Source of the DNA: TPA_inf: Saccharomyces
Taxonomy: Eukaryota
DNA length: 64,000 nucleotides
Assembly: GCA_000146045.2 (NCBI GenBank)
Contig: BK006938.2
Span: 512,001 to 576,000 of the forward strand
Direction: 5' to 3'
Part shown: piece after piece, positions 11,211 through 24,600 of the stretch
Position numbering within the stretch: position 1 is the stretch's first letter
Layout: each line of letters starts with the position of its first letter
The notes under the pieces: generated by a model
Databases searched by the model: none
What the model was told of the DNA's origin: nothing
Seen by the model: the letters and a program-made list of their open reading frames with translations, nothing else
Translations under genes and position numbers: made by a program

Positions 11211-12713
11211 TTATTTCCATCTTAAGCCATCGTTAACTTCTTCACATTTTCTTTCACAAACAATTTTACATAGCGATTGGATACCCAGTTTCCCTCTTCT
11301 AGAAGGAATCACATTGGCAAAGTGATTTAGTACTTCTCTTTCGGTAACTTTGGCGCCAGTGTCATCATTCGTTCTCTTTTCAATATACGCAGCGATTTCC
11401 TGTTCTGTAGGCAATTGGTATTTAGAATGGTAGGGATATTGAGTCCAAGTAACATTCGAGGTATTTCTTAGTAATGACATTGGTAGCGATGGTTTAGGAG
11501 ATGTGATAGATGTCAACTGAGATACAAATAACTGTTCCTTCTTTGTCCATGGATACGGGACCCTTTGTTTATCAATAAGTTTATGCTTTGTGGCTTCAGA
11601 GAATTCCACCAAAGAGTCCTGGTTCATGCACATGTTAGCTGCTGTGTATAAGTCTCTTTTGATAGCAGATTCTATGTGATCTCTGGAATTCTCTTGCACC
11701 AATCTCAAGGCGATTTGAAGAGAGGATGGTGACTTGGTTAACAATTTCGTTTTGATTTCTTGTGCGAAAGCCTTACCTTCCGCAGAACCTTCATATTGAC
11801 GTAAGTTATTCATTATGTCTTCAATAGTACCATTTTTAGACAAGTTAAAACAGGCTTCAATAACGTTTAATTTCTCGTTAGAATACTTGAAAACATAATC
11901 TTTTGGTAATGGTGATACGAATTCGTCGATGGATTCGTTAACCATCCCGAAGAAGTATGCAGATTGTGGATCGTTATTAAAAGGGGGGCTAATTTCACCT
12001 AATCTTTTCTGCAAAGCATCTAAATTTTCACTACTGACGTAATGAGACGCTAAGCCGAGCATATAAGCGTCTGCTCCTGTGACTACTTCTCCTGTAAGAC
12101 ATAGATACAGGGCCATTTGTGAGTTTGAGTTAGCCAATGTCACGATTCTAGGGAGAGCAAAAGTTGAGCCTACATCTGGAAAAAAACCAATGTCCATCTC
12201 GGGCATGGCCCATTTGGTGTTTTCTGTAGCAATTCTAAAGGGCGTGTGAATGGATAGACCAACGCCGCCACCCATGGTGATACCGTCCATGAAGGTAACA
12301 ATTGGTTTCAAGTAAGTTGCTATTTGAAAATTCAAAGAATATTCATCAGTAAAAAATTTGATGGACTTGGCAAATTCTTTGTTAAAATTGAATATTGCCA
12401 CAGTAGCTACATCACCACCAGCACAGAACGAACGTGGTCGGTTGGATGACTTTAAAATGACTAAGTTTGTAGTATCGCTCTTTGCATACTCGTTCAAAGT
12501 CTTGAACATGGATTCTGACATTTCGGCGTTCAAAGCATTGAGCTTTTTGGGCCTATTTAGCGTGATAACTCTAGCTGTATCTTGAACGGTAAATAGCACA
12601 GGTGGTGCGTCGGTGACATTTAGCTGGGGTTGAGTAGTCATGAATGTACGTGTGGTAGTTTTAAATCCGTATTTAGACGACAATTGGGCACATTTTAGCG
12701 TATTTCTGAGCAT
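11211..12713 (-). CDS. EHD3: Mitochondrial 3-hydroxyisobutyryl-CoA hydrolase (enoyl-CoA hydratase/isomerase family), 500 aa
   Basis: 500-aa ORF with crotonase-fold motifs (FCAGGDV, GITMGGG). The sequence is recognised. Confidence 0.85.
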
Positions 12714-13439
12714 TATTTGTGGTGGCTAAACAGAACCAAGTATTATATAAATGAGGATTCCCGTACACAGGCGCAGGAAACAAGCTGCTCTTATCTTCTC
12801 GGCTACCTCATCAATCATTTGGCTCCGAGGTTTAACACTTTTCTTTGCACTTGCCTCTCCAATTCCGAAGTTCCGAAGGGTGACCCGGATTGTGTTACTA
12901 AACAAGAGAAGATTGGTAGAAAACGCAATGGGTCAGTTTGGCTGGCTGAATCCTTGGAATCCTGTAAGGCTGCTTACTACAAATGGGTTAGGGACTGTTC
13001 TCTTCGGCATAATGTTTAAGTGTTAGTTTTGAGATATTACATGTTTAAGAATTCAAAAAACCTTTCTATTAACCCAGGAAACGATGCGGATAAGGCGAGC
13101 TTCTCCGACCCATGAGCACAATAGATCAAGTTCTGTTCTAGTTGTTGGTTAGTAGTTTATGGAATGCTAATGGCATTAGTGATGTAGGAATATTTTTGGT
13201 GTAGTGTATGGGTGTTGTGAAAATATTTGCCATTTGAATTTTTTTCGGCGCTTTTCTTTTTTTTTTTCTTTTTTTTTTAGCTTGAATTATCGATGAATGA
13301 TGAAATGACTCTTAATGAACTTCGAAGTTATATATACAGCCACTTTTTTGTTTAGAAAGAAAAGTATAATTATCTTACATACATTGATTTATTGCTCTGT
13401 CCTTCCTCCGAGAAATCCGTAATAAACTTCAATAGCATA

Positions 13440-15215
13440 ATGTCTCAACAAGATAATGTCAAAGCCGCCGCTGAAGGTGTTGCTAACCTACATCTCGACG
13501 AAGCTACCGGGGAAATGGTCTCCAAGTCTGAATTGAAGAAGCGTATCAAGCAAAGACAAGTCGAAGCTAAAAAGGCCGCCAAAAAGGCTGCCGCTCAACC
13601 AAAACCGGCTTCCAAAAAAAAAACAGATTTGTTCGCTGACCTGGATCCATCGCAATATTTCGAAACAAGATCTCGCCAAATTCAAGAATTGAGAAAGACT
13701 CACGAACCAAATCCATACCCACACAAGTTTCACGTTTCTATATCCAATCCTGAGTTCTTGGCCAAATATGCGCATTTGAAAAAAGGTGAAACCTTACCTG
13801 AAGAGAAGGTTTCAATTGCTGGTAGAATTCATGCCAAAAGAGAATCTGGCTCCAAATTGAAATTCTATGTTCTTCACGGTGATGGTGTTGAAGTTCAATT
13901 GATGTCCCAATTGCAGGACTACTGCGACCCAGACTCTTACGAAAAGGATCACGACCTTTTGAAAAGGGGTGATATCGTTGGTGTCGAGGGTTACGTCGGA
14001 AGAACTCAACCAAAGAAAGGTGGTGAAGGTGAAGTTTCCGTCTTCGTTAGCAGAGTGCAATTATTGACACCATGTTTGCACATGTTACCTGCCGACCACT
14101 TTGGTTTCAAAGACCAGGAAACCAGATACAGAAAGCGTTATTTGGATTTGATCATGAACAAAGACGCCAGAAACCGTTTTATTACCCGTTCTGAAATTAT
14201 CCGTTACATCAGAAGATTTTTGGACCAAAGAAAGTTTATTGAAGTAGAAACTCCAATGATGAACGTTATTGCTGGTGGTGCTACCGCTAAGCCATTTATT
14301 ACCCACCATAATGACCTTGATATGGACATGTACATGAGAATTGCTCCAGAATTGTTCTTGAAACAATTGGTTGTCGGTGGTTTGGATCGTGTTTACGAAA
14401 TTGGTAGACAATTCAGAAATGAAGGTATCGATATGACACATAATCCAGAATTCACCACTTGTGAGTTTTATCAAGCCTACGCTGATGTTTATGATTTGAT
14501 GGATATGACTGAATTGATGTTTTCAGAAATGGTCAAGGAGATCACTGGTTCTTATATTATCAAATACCATCCGGACCCTGCTGATCCAGCCAAAGAACTA
14601 GAATTGAACTTTTCTAGACCATGGAAGAGAATCAACATGATTGAAGAATTAGAAAAGGTATTCAACGTTAAGTTCCCATCTGGTGATCAATTACATACAG
14701 CTGAGACTGGTGAATTTTTGAAAAAGATTCTTGTCGACAACAAATTAGAATGTCCACCTCCACTAACTAATGCTCGTATGTTAGATAAGCTTGTCGGTGA
14801 ATTAGAAGATACATGTATCAACCCAACTTTCATTTTTGGCCACCCTCAAATGATGTCTCCATTAGCCAAGTACTCAAGAGATCAACCGGGTCTATGTGAG
14901 CGTTTCGAGGTCTTTGTAGCTACAAAGGAAATTTGTAATGCCTACACTGAATTGAACGATCCATTTGACCAAAGGGCACGTTTCGAAGAACAAGCTAGAC
15001 AAAAGGATCAAGGTGATGACGAAGCTCAATTAGTCGATGAAACCTTCTGTAATGCTCTAGAATACGGTTTACCACCAACTGGTGGTTGGGGTTGTGGTAT
15101 TGATAGACTGGCCATGTTCTTGACCGACTCCAACACCATTAGAGAAGTCTTATTGTTCCCAACTTTGAAGCCTGATGTTTTGAGAGAGGAAGTCAAAAAG
15201 GAAGAAGAAAATTAA
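13440..15215 (+). CDS. KRS1: Cytoplasmic lysyl-tRNA synthetase (class II) with lysine-rich N-terminal tRNA-binding extension, 591 aa
   Basis: [21 protein letters not shown]... start at the internal ATG 13440. Class II motifs (FRNEGID, GGGIDR). Confidence 0.9.
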
Positions 15216-15421
15216 GCTAAAAGATATTAGAACATATTGTATAATGTAAGTATTATTATTCTAAGATAGAGCTTGAATATGAAAACTCATTACCTAAATT
15301 TGTTTATGTTCGGTAGCCCTAAAGGAGCTTAATTAAAAATAAAAAAATCTAAACTATTACGTAAGGGGGAGAAGGGATAAGGGATGCAAAAGGAAAGGCA
15401 CTCAATAAATTGCCCTCCTTA

Positions 15422-18400
15422 TTAATGCTTGACACTGATATTAATTTCGCTTTGAAGGGTTGTGGATGTGCTATACGCTTCAAATGGATCGTGTTTACTG
15501 CTTCGCTCCAAATCGTTTTCCGAATTGTGAGCTCTCTGAGTTTTGAAATAGCGCCTCTTTCCACACTTGTAAAGTTCAGCACCTATCCAGAATGCAATTG
15601 TGAATGCAATGGCGAGACCCCATTCAGCACCAATTGGTTTATGCAAAAACACTTTATCATTAATAACCGGAATATAGACGACGGGGAAGGCTGACACAAA
15701 TCCAAAAATGATTGACCAGAACAAAAACTGGTTTCCCCAAATACTTCTGAAAAATTCCTTGACTGGGCTGTCAGTGTCTGGATGCATTCTGAAAAAAGAT
15801 CTTCTCATGTCAACCACTTCCCAAGCCAGAATCAAAGCGCACCACGTCATAGTTGCGAAAGCCGCAGAACGTGATCTATAAACATCACGACAACTGCTGT
15901 TATAGGTGCCATCACAATCGTGCCCCAATCTACCACTATTTATTCCATACAGTGATCCAGTAAATGAAGCCATACAGGACCCTGTCATTATAATCCCATA
16001 TGCAAATGTATCTATAATAACCTCCCATGTGAAAATACCAACCTCTGAATCATTAGGAGGTCTATCCATCAAATCTGGAGCAGCCTTTTCTAGACCTAGC
16101 CCCATAGCAGGAAAACAAGAGGTGACGACAATAATCCACAATACTTCCACTGGTGATAAGGGAAATACTGATTTTCCGTTCTCATCTCTGAATACTAAAC
16201 CAATGATCAAATACAAAGCCTGAGCAACATTTTCTGCCAATAATTGTAGGACAAACTTCTGAATGTTATCCGTCATCCTACGACCTTCTTCGACAGCATT
16301 CAAAATAGAAGCAAAATTGTCATCGCTTAGAACAATATCAGACGCTTCTTTGGAAACATCTGAACCATTAATACCCATTGCAATACCAACATTGGCCATT
16401 TTTAGAGATGGAGAATCGTTAACACCGTCACCTGTCATTGCGCAGAACTTCTTCCTACGGTGTAAAGCTTCGATCATTCTCACCTTAGTCTGCGGAGAGC
16501 AACGTGCAATAACTAAAGGTAAGACGGGCAAATCGTCCACTTCCTCCTCACTTAGTCCGTCAAACTGAGATCCGGTCATGACCATACTGTCAACAATCTC
16601 TTGGGAGTAATGGTACAAATTGGTGGGTAAGATGCCAACCTCCTGAGCGATAGCCTTTGCTGTACCCACAAAGTCCCCAGTTAACATATGAACGTTAATA
16701 CCAGCTTGGTGAAACTTCTTGACTGCACCGGCAGTCTCATTTCTGGGTGGATCGTAAATACCAATCAACCCTAGGAAAACTAAATCACTTTCTGCGGTGG
16801 CCCTGTTTGAAGTAATGTTTTTCAATTGATCGTCATTCACTTGATCTTTAGTGAAAGATTTGGAGGCAAAACCCAAGACTCTTAAACCCTCATTTGATAG
16901 ACTGTAAACATTTTTCCTTATCGTTTCGACATCACAATCGGTCAATGGTGTGATTTTTACACCATCCTTACCATACCAAGAACTGCAACAACTGATGATG
17001 CTTTCGAAAGCACCCTTGCCATAAATATTATATGTTTCGTTGTGATTGTTGTAGTAGACAGATGACATTCGCTTCACAGTTGAGTCGAATGGGAATTCAG
17101 CAATATGTTCGAATTGTGCACTGCCAGGCTTCTCATTGTGTTGTGAAAGAGAGGATTGGTCATTCTCATTACTTTGATTAGTCGATTTCTCACCGGTAAG
17201 GGCATTGTGAGGCAAGTCCATCTTAGTAGCAAACACTTGAATCGCAATTTCTGTTGGGTCACCATGAGCTTTCCAACAGTCAGTTGCGTCATCTTTGAAA
17301 ACAGTAGCAATGTTAGCCAAAGTGGCGGTTTCGAGCCATTTTTGAAATAGATCCATGTCAATATCTTCTGGTAAATCTTTTTCGTATAGGCGATCCTTGA
17401 AATTCTGGAGAATACCAACGTCACCATCCTCATTATGAGAATATTCGTAAGGTGAAAACCTTGGAATCAAACTCACGTTGCCCTCATTGGGATTAAAGGG
17501 GTCATCAGAATTCGAGATAGTTATGGTACCAAAGCGAGGGATCCAAATTTGCCTCGCTAACATTTTACCCTGTGTAAGAGTACCGGTCTTGTCAGAACAG
17601 ATATCGTTAACGGCACCTAAAGCTTCCAGAGAATCTAATTTTCTTACAATAACGTTTCTAGAAACCATAACAGCAGCCCCAACAGACATGGTGATGGTCA
17701 AGACAACGACTAATGAAGAGGGAATCATGGATAGGGCCACACAAATGGCATAGATAGCTACCCTTTTATCTACGTCAAACTTTTGAGAGGCCATGACGAT
17801 GATAGCAAAAAGTACGGCAATCCAGAAAAGCAATACCGCCAACTTAGACAGTTTCCTGTGCAGGGGCGTACCGACATTTGTACCTAAAAATGCACCAGTA
17901 ACTTTCTTTGTAGATATCCATGTATTCTGTAACCACGACTTACTAGGATCGCGGGAAATGAGACCTGAATCACCTTGTAGAGATTTTGCAATTTTACCAA
18001 TTTCACTATTCAAAGCTGTCTTGATGACAATACCCTTGGCTCTTCCCTTGACAACGGCGGATGAAGAAAATGCTAAATTCAAACGATCACCCACGGAGGT
18101 TTCTTCTTCTTTTCCAAACACTAAGTTGGCGTCTTTGGAGACAGGCAAAGATTCACCGGTCAGTAGTGATTCATCAGTATCAAAATTCTTAGTTTCAATT
18201 AAACGCAAATCAGCAGGAATAGTATCACCGACCTTCACCAGACAAATATCACCTGGAACCACATCTTTTGAGTTTATAGTCTCACTTTTCCCGTTCCTAA
18301 TAACATGAGCATTGGGAGAGCTCAAGTTTTTCAAAGAGTTCATTGTCTTGGTAGCCTTATATTCTTGAACTAGGCCAATGAGCACATTGACCGCGATAAC

Positions 18401-18697
18401 AAAAGAAATAACGCCACCAGTAATCCAGTCGCGCACAGCGAAAGAGATCGCCATGGATATTACCAAGACCATAATCATTGCATTACATACCTGATGGAGG
18501 ACCATTGCTTTATAGTCAATTTTGGTATCATCACCCAATGTGTTCTCTCCCACTGCTTTCAGTCTGCGGAGGGACTCATCTTGAGTAAGACCTTCAGTCA
18601 GACTTGTGCCTATAAATTCAGCGGCTTCTTCTGTAGTCAATGTGTGATAAGCATTGAATTCTTCATTATTGTTTTCTTTGACAGTTCCCTCGCTCAT
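15422..18697 (-). CDS. ENA5: P-type (type IID) Na+/Li+/K+ efflux ATPase, 1091 aa, distal copy of the tandem array; the C-terminal 38 aa differ from the other two copies
   Basis: DKTGTLT phosphorylation motif, TGDGVNDSP, 10 TM segments. One of three near-identical 1091-aa ORFs. Copy order ENA5-ENA2-ENA1 is from memory of S288C. Confidence 0.85.
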   Translation of the reverse strand: MSEGTVKENNNEEFNAYHTLTTEEAAEFIGTSLTEGLTQDESLRRLKAVGENTLGDDTKIDYKAMVLHQVCNAMIMVLVISMAISFAVRDWITGGVISFVIAVNVLIGLVQEYKATKTMNSLKNLSSPNAHVIRNGKSETINSKDVVPGDICLVKVGDTIPADLRLIETKNFDTDESLLTGESLPVSKDANLVFGKEEETSVGDRLNLAFSSSAVVKGRAKGIVIKTALNSEIGKIAKSLQGDSGLISRDPSKSWLQNTWISTKKVTGAFLGTNVGTPLHRKLSKLAVLLFWIAVLFAIIVMASQKFDVDKRVAIYAICVALSMIPSSLVVVLTITMSVGAAVMVSRNVIVRKLDSLEALGAVNDICSDKTGTLTQGKMLARQIWIPRFGTITISNSDDPFNPNEGNVSLIPRFSPYEYSHNEDGDVGILQNFKDRLYEKDLPEDIDMDLFQKWLETATLANIATVFKDDATDCWKAHGDPTEIAIQVFATKMDLPHNALTGEKSTNQSNENDQSSLSQHNEKPGSAQFEHIAEFPFDSTVKRMSSVYYNNHNETYNIYGKGAFESIISCCSSWYGKDGVKITPLTDCDVETIRKNVYSLSNEGLRVLGFASKSFTKDQVNDDQLKNITSNRATAESDLVFLGLIGIYDPPRNETAGAVKKFHQAGINVHMLTGDFVGTAKAIAQEVGILPTNLYHYSQEIVDSMVMTGSQFDGLSEEEVDDLPVLPLVIARCSPQTKVRMIEALHRRKKFCAMTGDGVNDSPSLKMANVGIAMGINGSDVSKEASDIVLSDDNFASILNAVEEGRRMTDNIQKFVLQLLAENVAQALYLIIGLVFRDENGKSVFPLSPVEVLWIIVVTSCFPAMGLGLEKAAPDLMDRPPNDSEVGIFTWEVIIDTFAYGIIMTGSCMASFTGSLYGINSGRLGHDCDGTYNSSCRDVYRSRSAAFATMTWCALILAWEVVDMRRSFFRMHPDTDSPVKEFFRSIWGNQFLFWSIIFGFVSAFPVVYIPVINDKVFLHKPIGAEWGLAIAFTIAFWIGAELYKCGKRRYFKTQRAHNSENDLERSSKHDPFEAYSTSTTLQSEINISVKH

Positions 18698-21600
18698 CGA
18701 AAATTTTCAATTATGTGTACAAAGATTTTTCCTCAGTGAGTACATACGTTATCTGATAAGCAAAATACGAATATGAATAACGTTGATTTGGTTAACGTAT
18801 TCTCGATGTAAAGGATGAAGGAAAATAAAATTCTTTCCTCTTTCTTTGCCTCGAGAGATAATATGGAGATTTAAAGAAGAAAACATCAGCCTCACAATTA
18901 CACCGCGCGGTGATATAAGGATTTTGATAAAAGAATATATGTGAGTTGAATTTGAACGTCCTGGAAGGAAAAGTCTTGACGAAATAAACGCATTAATTTT
19001 CTAATTCTACAAGAATTTAACTAATCCTGTATTGAAATTCATAATTTTAGTTAAGAACCCTGTCATACGCGTAACGTAACTGTATCTGTTTCATGATTTA
19101 CAACGGCAGCAATAAGAGTATAGCAGTAGTATTCCTCTAAGACATATTTGAACTAGAAAACATACTATTTAGGCTTGTTTATGTTCAGAACCTGTGAAAA
19201 GTTCGTTTATAGTAAATAAAAAAACAAATAACAAAATAAATGTAAATATCTAAATATATGAAATGAATAAGGAAAAAGATAGGGAGCACTTAATAGGCCC
19301 TGCCTATCATTGTTTAATACCAATATTAACTTCTGTATGGATTGTAGTAGAAGTACTATACGCTTCGAATGGATCGCGCTTATTGTTACTCTCCAAATCA
19401 TTCTCCGGGTTGTGCGCTCTCTGAGTTTTGAAATAGCGCCTCTTTCCACACTTGTAAAGTTCAGCACCTATCCAGAATGCAATTGTGAATGCAATGGCGA
19501 GACCCCATTCAGCACCAATTGGTTTATGCAAAAACACTTTATCATTAATAACCGGAATATAGACGACGGGGAAGGCTGACACAAATCCAAAAATGATTGA
19601 CCAGAACAAAAACTGGTTTCCCCAAATACTTCTGAAAAATTCCTTGACTGGGCTGTCAGTGTCTGGATGCATTCTGAAAAAGGATCTTCTCATGTCAACC
19701 ACTTCCCAAGCCAGAATCAAAGCGCACCACGTCATGGTTGCGAAAGCCGCAGAACGTGATCTATAAACATCACGACAACTGCTGTTATAGGTGCCATCAC
19801 AATCGTGCCCCAATCTACCACTATTTATTCCATACAGTGATCCAGTAAATGAAGCCATACAGGACCCTGTCATTATAATCCCATATGCAAATGTATCTAT
19901 AATAACCTCCCACGTGAAAATACCAACCTCTGAATCATGAGGAGGTCTATCCATCAAATCTGGAGCAGCCTTTTCTAGACCTAGCCCCATAGCAGGAAAA
20001 CAAGAGGTGACGACAATAATCCACAATACTTCCACTGGTGATAAGGGAAATACTGATTTTCCGTTCTCATCTCTGAATACTAAACCAATGATCAAATACA
20101 AAGCCTGAGCAACATTTTCTGCCAATAATTGTAGGACAAACTTCTGAATGTTATCCGTCATCCTACGACCTTCTTCGACAGCATTCAAAATAGAAGCAAA
20201 ATTGTCATCGCTTAGAACAATATCAGACGCTTCTTTGGAAACATCTGAACCATTAATACCCATTGCAATACCAACATTGGCCATTTTTAGAGATGGAGAA
20301 TCGTTAACACCGTCACCTGTCATTGCGCAGAACTTCTTCCTACGGTGTAAAGCTTCGATCATTCTCACCTTAGTCTGCGGAGAGCAACGTGCAATAACTA
20401 AAGGTAAGACGGGCAAATCGTCCACTTCCTCCTCACTTAGTCCGTCAAACTGAGATCCGGTCATGACCATACTGTCAACAATCTCTTGGGAGTAATGGTA
20501 CAAATTGGTGGGTAAGATGCCAACCTCCTGAGCGATAGCCTTTGCTGTACCCACAAAGTCCCCAGTTAACATATGAACGTTAATACCAGCTTGGTGAAAC
20601 TTCTTGACTGCACCGGCAGTCTCATTTCTGGGTGGATCGTAAATACCAATCAACCCTAGGAAAACTAAATCACTTTCTGCGGTGGCCCTGTTTGAAGTAA
20701 TGTTTTTCAATTGATCGTCATTCACTTGATCTTTAGTGAAAGATTTGGAGGCAAAACCCAAGACTCTTAAACCCTCATTTGATAGACTGTAAACATTTTT
20801 CCTTATCGTTTCGACATCACAATCGGTCAATGGTGTGATTTTTACACCATCCTTACCATACCAAGAACTGCAACAACTGATGATGCTTTCGAAAGCACCC
20901 TTGCCATAAATATTATATGTTTCGTTGTGATTGTTGTAGTAGACAGATGACATTCGCTTCACAGTTGAGTCGAATGGGAATTCAGCAATATGTTCGAATT
21001 GTGCACTGCCAGGCTTCTCATTGTGTTGTGAAAGAGAGGATTGGTCATTCTCATTACTTTGATTAGTCGATTTCTCACCGGTAAGGGCATTGTGAGGCAA
21101 GTCCATCTTAGTAGCAAACACTTGAATCGCAATTTCTGTTGGGTCACCATGAGCTTTCCAACAGTCAGTTGCGTCATCTTTGAAAACAGTAGCAATGTTA
21201 GCCAAAGTGGCGGTTTCGAGCCATTTTTGAAATAGATCCATGTCAATATCTTCTGGTAAATCTTTTTCGTATAGGCGATCCTTGAAATTCTGGAGAATAC
21301 CAACGTCACCATCCTCATTATGAGAATATTCGTAAGGTGAAAACCTTGGAATCAAACTCACGTTGCCCTCATTGGGATTAAAGGGGTCATCAGAATTCGA
21401 GATAGTTATGGTACCAAAGCGAGGGATCCAAATTTGCCTCGCTAACATTTTACCCTGTGTAAGAGTACCGGTCTTGTCAGAACAGATATCGTTAACGGCA
21501 CCTAAAGCTTCCAGAGAATCTAATTTTCTTACAATAACGTTTCTAGAAACCATAACAGCAGCCCCAACAGACATGGTGATGGTCAAGACAACGACTAATG

Positions 21601-24600
21601 AAGAGGGAATCATGGATAGGGCCACACAAATGGCATAGATAGCTACCCTTTTATCTACGTCAAACTTTTGAGAGGCCATGACGATGATAGCAAAAAGTAC
21701 GGCAATCCAGAAAAGCAATACCGCCAACTTAGACAGTTTCCTGTGCAGGGGCGTACCGACATTTGTACCTAAAAATGCACCAGTAACTTTCTTTGTAGAT
21801 ATCCATGTATTCTGTAACCACGACTTACTAGGATCGCGGGAAATGAGACCTGAATCACCTTGTAGAGATTTTGCAATTTTACCAATTTCACTATTCAAAG
21901 CTGTCTTGATGACAATACCCTTGGCTCTTCCCTTGACAACGGCGGATGAAGAAAATGCTAAATTCAAACGATCACCCACGGAGGTTTCTTCTTCTTTTCC
22001 AAACACTAAGTTGGCGTCTTTGGAGACAGGCAAAGATTCACCGGTCAGTAGTGATTCATCAGTATCAAAATTCTTAGTTTCAATTAAACGCAAATCAGCA
22101 GGAATAGTATCACCGACCTTCACCAGACAAATATCACCTGGAACCACATCTTTTGAGTTTATAGTCTCACTTTTCCCGTTCCTAATAACATGAGCATTGG
22201 GAGAGCTCAAGTTTTTCAAAGAGTTCATTGTCTTGGTAGCCTTATATTCTTGAACTAGGCCAATGAGCACATTGACCGCGATAACAAAAGAAATAACGCC
22301 ACCAGTAATCCAGTCGCGCACAGCGAAAGAGATCGCCATGGATATTACCAAGACCATAATCATTGCATTACATACCTGATGGAGGACCATTGCTTTATAG
22401 TCAATTTTGGTATCATCACCCAATGTGTTCTCTCCCACTGCTTTCAGTCTGCGGAGGGACTCATCTTGAGTAAGACCTTCAGTCAGACTTGTGCCTATAA
22501 ATTCAGCGGCTTCTTCTGTAGTCAATGTGTGATAAGCATTGAATTCTTCATTATTGTTTTCTTTGACAGTTCCCTCGCTCATCGAAAATTTTCAATTATG
22601 TGTACAAAGATTTTTCCTCAGTGAGTACATACGTTATCTGATAAGCAAAATACGAATATGAATAACGTTGATTTGGTTAACGTATTCTCGATGTAAAGGA
22701 TGAAGGAAAATAAAATTCTTTCCTCTTTCTTTGCCTCGAGAGATAATATGGAGATTTAAAGAAGAAAACATCAGCCTCACAATTACACCGCGCGGTGATA
22801 TAAGGATTTTGATAAAAGAATATATGTGAGTTGAATTTGAACGTCCTGGAAGGAAAAGTCTTGACGAAATAAACGCATTAATTTTCTAATTCTACAAGAA
22901 TTTAACTAATCCTGTATTGAAATTCATAATTTTAGTTAAGAACCCTGTCATACGCGTAACGTAACTGTATCTGTTTCATGATTTACAACGGCAGCAATAA
23001 GAGTATAGCAGTAGTATTCCTCTAAGACATATTTGAACTAGAAAACATACTATTTAGGCTTGTTTATGTTCAGAACCTGTGAAAAGTTCGTTTATAGTAA
23101 ATAAAAAAACAAATAACAAAATAAATGTAAATATCTAAATATATGAAATGAATAAGGAAAAAGATAGGGAGCACTTAATAGGCCCTGCCTATCATTGTTT
23201 AATACCAATATTAACTTCTGTATGGATTGTAGTAGAAGTACTATACGCTTCGAATGGATCGCGCTTATTGTTACTCTCCAAATCATTCTCCGGGTTGTGC
23301 GCTCTCTGAGTTTTGAAATAGCGCCTCTTTCCACACTTGTAAAGTTCAGCACCTATCCAGAATGCAATTGTGAATGCAATGGCGAGACCCCATTCAGCAC
23401 CAATTGGTTTATGCAAAAACACTTTATCATTAATAACCGGAATATAGACGACGGGGAAGGCTGACACAAATCCAAAAATGATTGACCAGAACAAAAACTG
23501 GTTTCCCCAAATGCTTCTGAAAAATTCCTTGACTGGGCTGTCAGTGTCTGGATGCATTCTGAAAAAGGATCTTCTCATGTCAACCACTTCCCAAGCCAGA
23601 ATCAAAGCGCACCACGTCATGGTTGCGAAAGCCGCAGAACGTGATCTATAAACATCACGACAACTGCTGTTATAGGTGCCATCACAATCGTGCCCCAATC
23701 TACCACTATTTATTCCATACAGTGATCCAGTAAATGAAGCCATACAGGACCCTGTCATTATAATCCCATATGCAAATGTATCTATAATAACCTCCCACGT
23801 GAAAATACCAACCTCTGAATCATGAGGAGGTCTATCCATCAAATCTGGAGCAGCCTTTTCTAGACCTAGCCCCATAGCAGGAAAACAAGAGGTGACGACA
23901 ATAATCCACAATACTTCCACTGGTGATAAGGGAAATACTGATTTTCCGTTCTCATCTCTGAATACTAAACCAATGATCAAATACAAAGCCTGAGCAACAT
24001 TTTCTGCCAATAATTGTAGGACAAACTTCTGAATGTTATCCGTCATCCTACGACCTTCTTCGACAGCATTCAAAATAGAAGCAAAATTGTCATCGCTTAG
24101 AACAATATCAGACGCTTCTTTGGAAACATCTGAACCATTAATACCCATTGCAATACCAACATTGGCCATTTTTAGAGATGGAGAATCGTTAACACCGTCA
24201 CCTGTCATTGTGCAGAACTTCTTCCTACGGTGTAAAGCTTCGATCATTCTCACCTTAGTCTGCGGAGAGCAACGTGCAATAACTAAAGGTAAGACGGGCA
24301 AATCGTCCACTTCCTCCTCACTTAGTCCGTCAAACTGAGATCCGGTCATGACCATACTGTCAACAATCTCTTGGGAGTAATGGTACAAATTGGTGGGTAA
24401 GATGCCAACCTCCTGAGCGATAGCCTTTGCTGTACCCACAAAGTCCCCAGTTAACATATGAACGTTAATACCAGCTTGGTGAAACTTCTTGACTGCACCG
24501 GCAGTCTCATTTCTGGGTGGATCGTAAATACCAATCAACCCTAGGAAAACTAAATCACTTTCTGCGGTGGCCCTGTTTGAAGTAATGTTTTTCAATTGAT

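Noticed and set aside
12717-13026. Two overlapping ~90-100-aa ORFs in the EHD3/KRS1 divergent promoter
   Set aside because: Overlapping frames in a promoter region with T-tracts; no domain. Spurious.
17793-18308. 171-aa ORF (and 119-, 105-, 101-, 91-aa ORFs) antisense to each ENA gene, repeated three times (also 21678-22193, 25563-26078)
   Set aside because: They lie entirely within, and antisense to, a long conserved coding sequence. Their threefold repetition merely reflects the tandem duplication. No independent start context or conservation signal.
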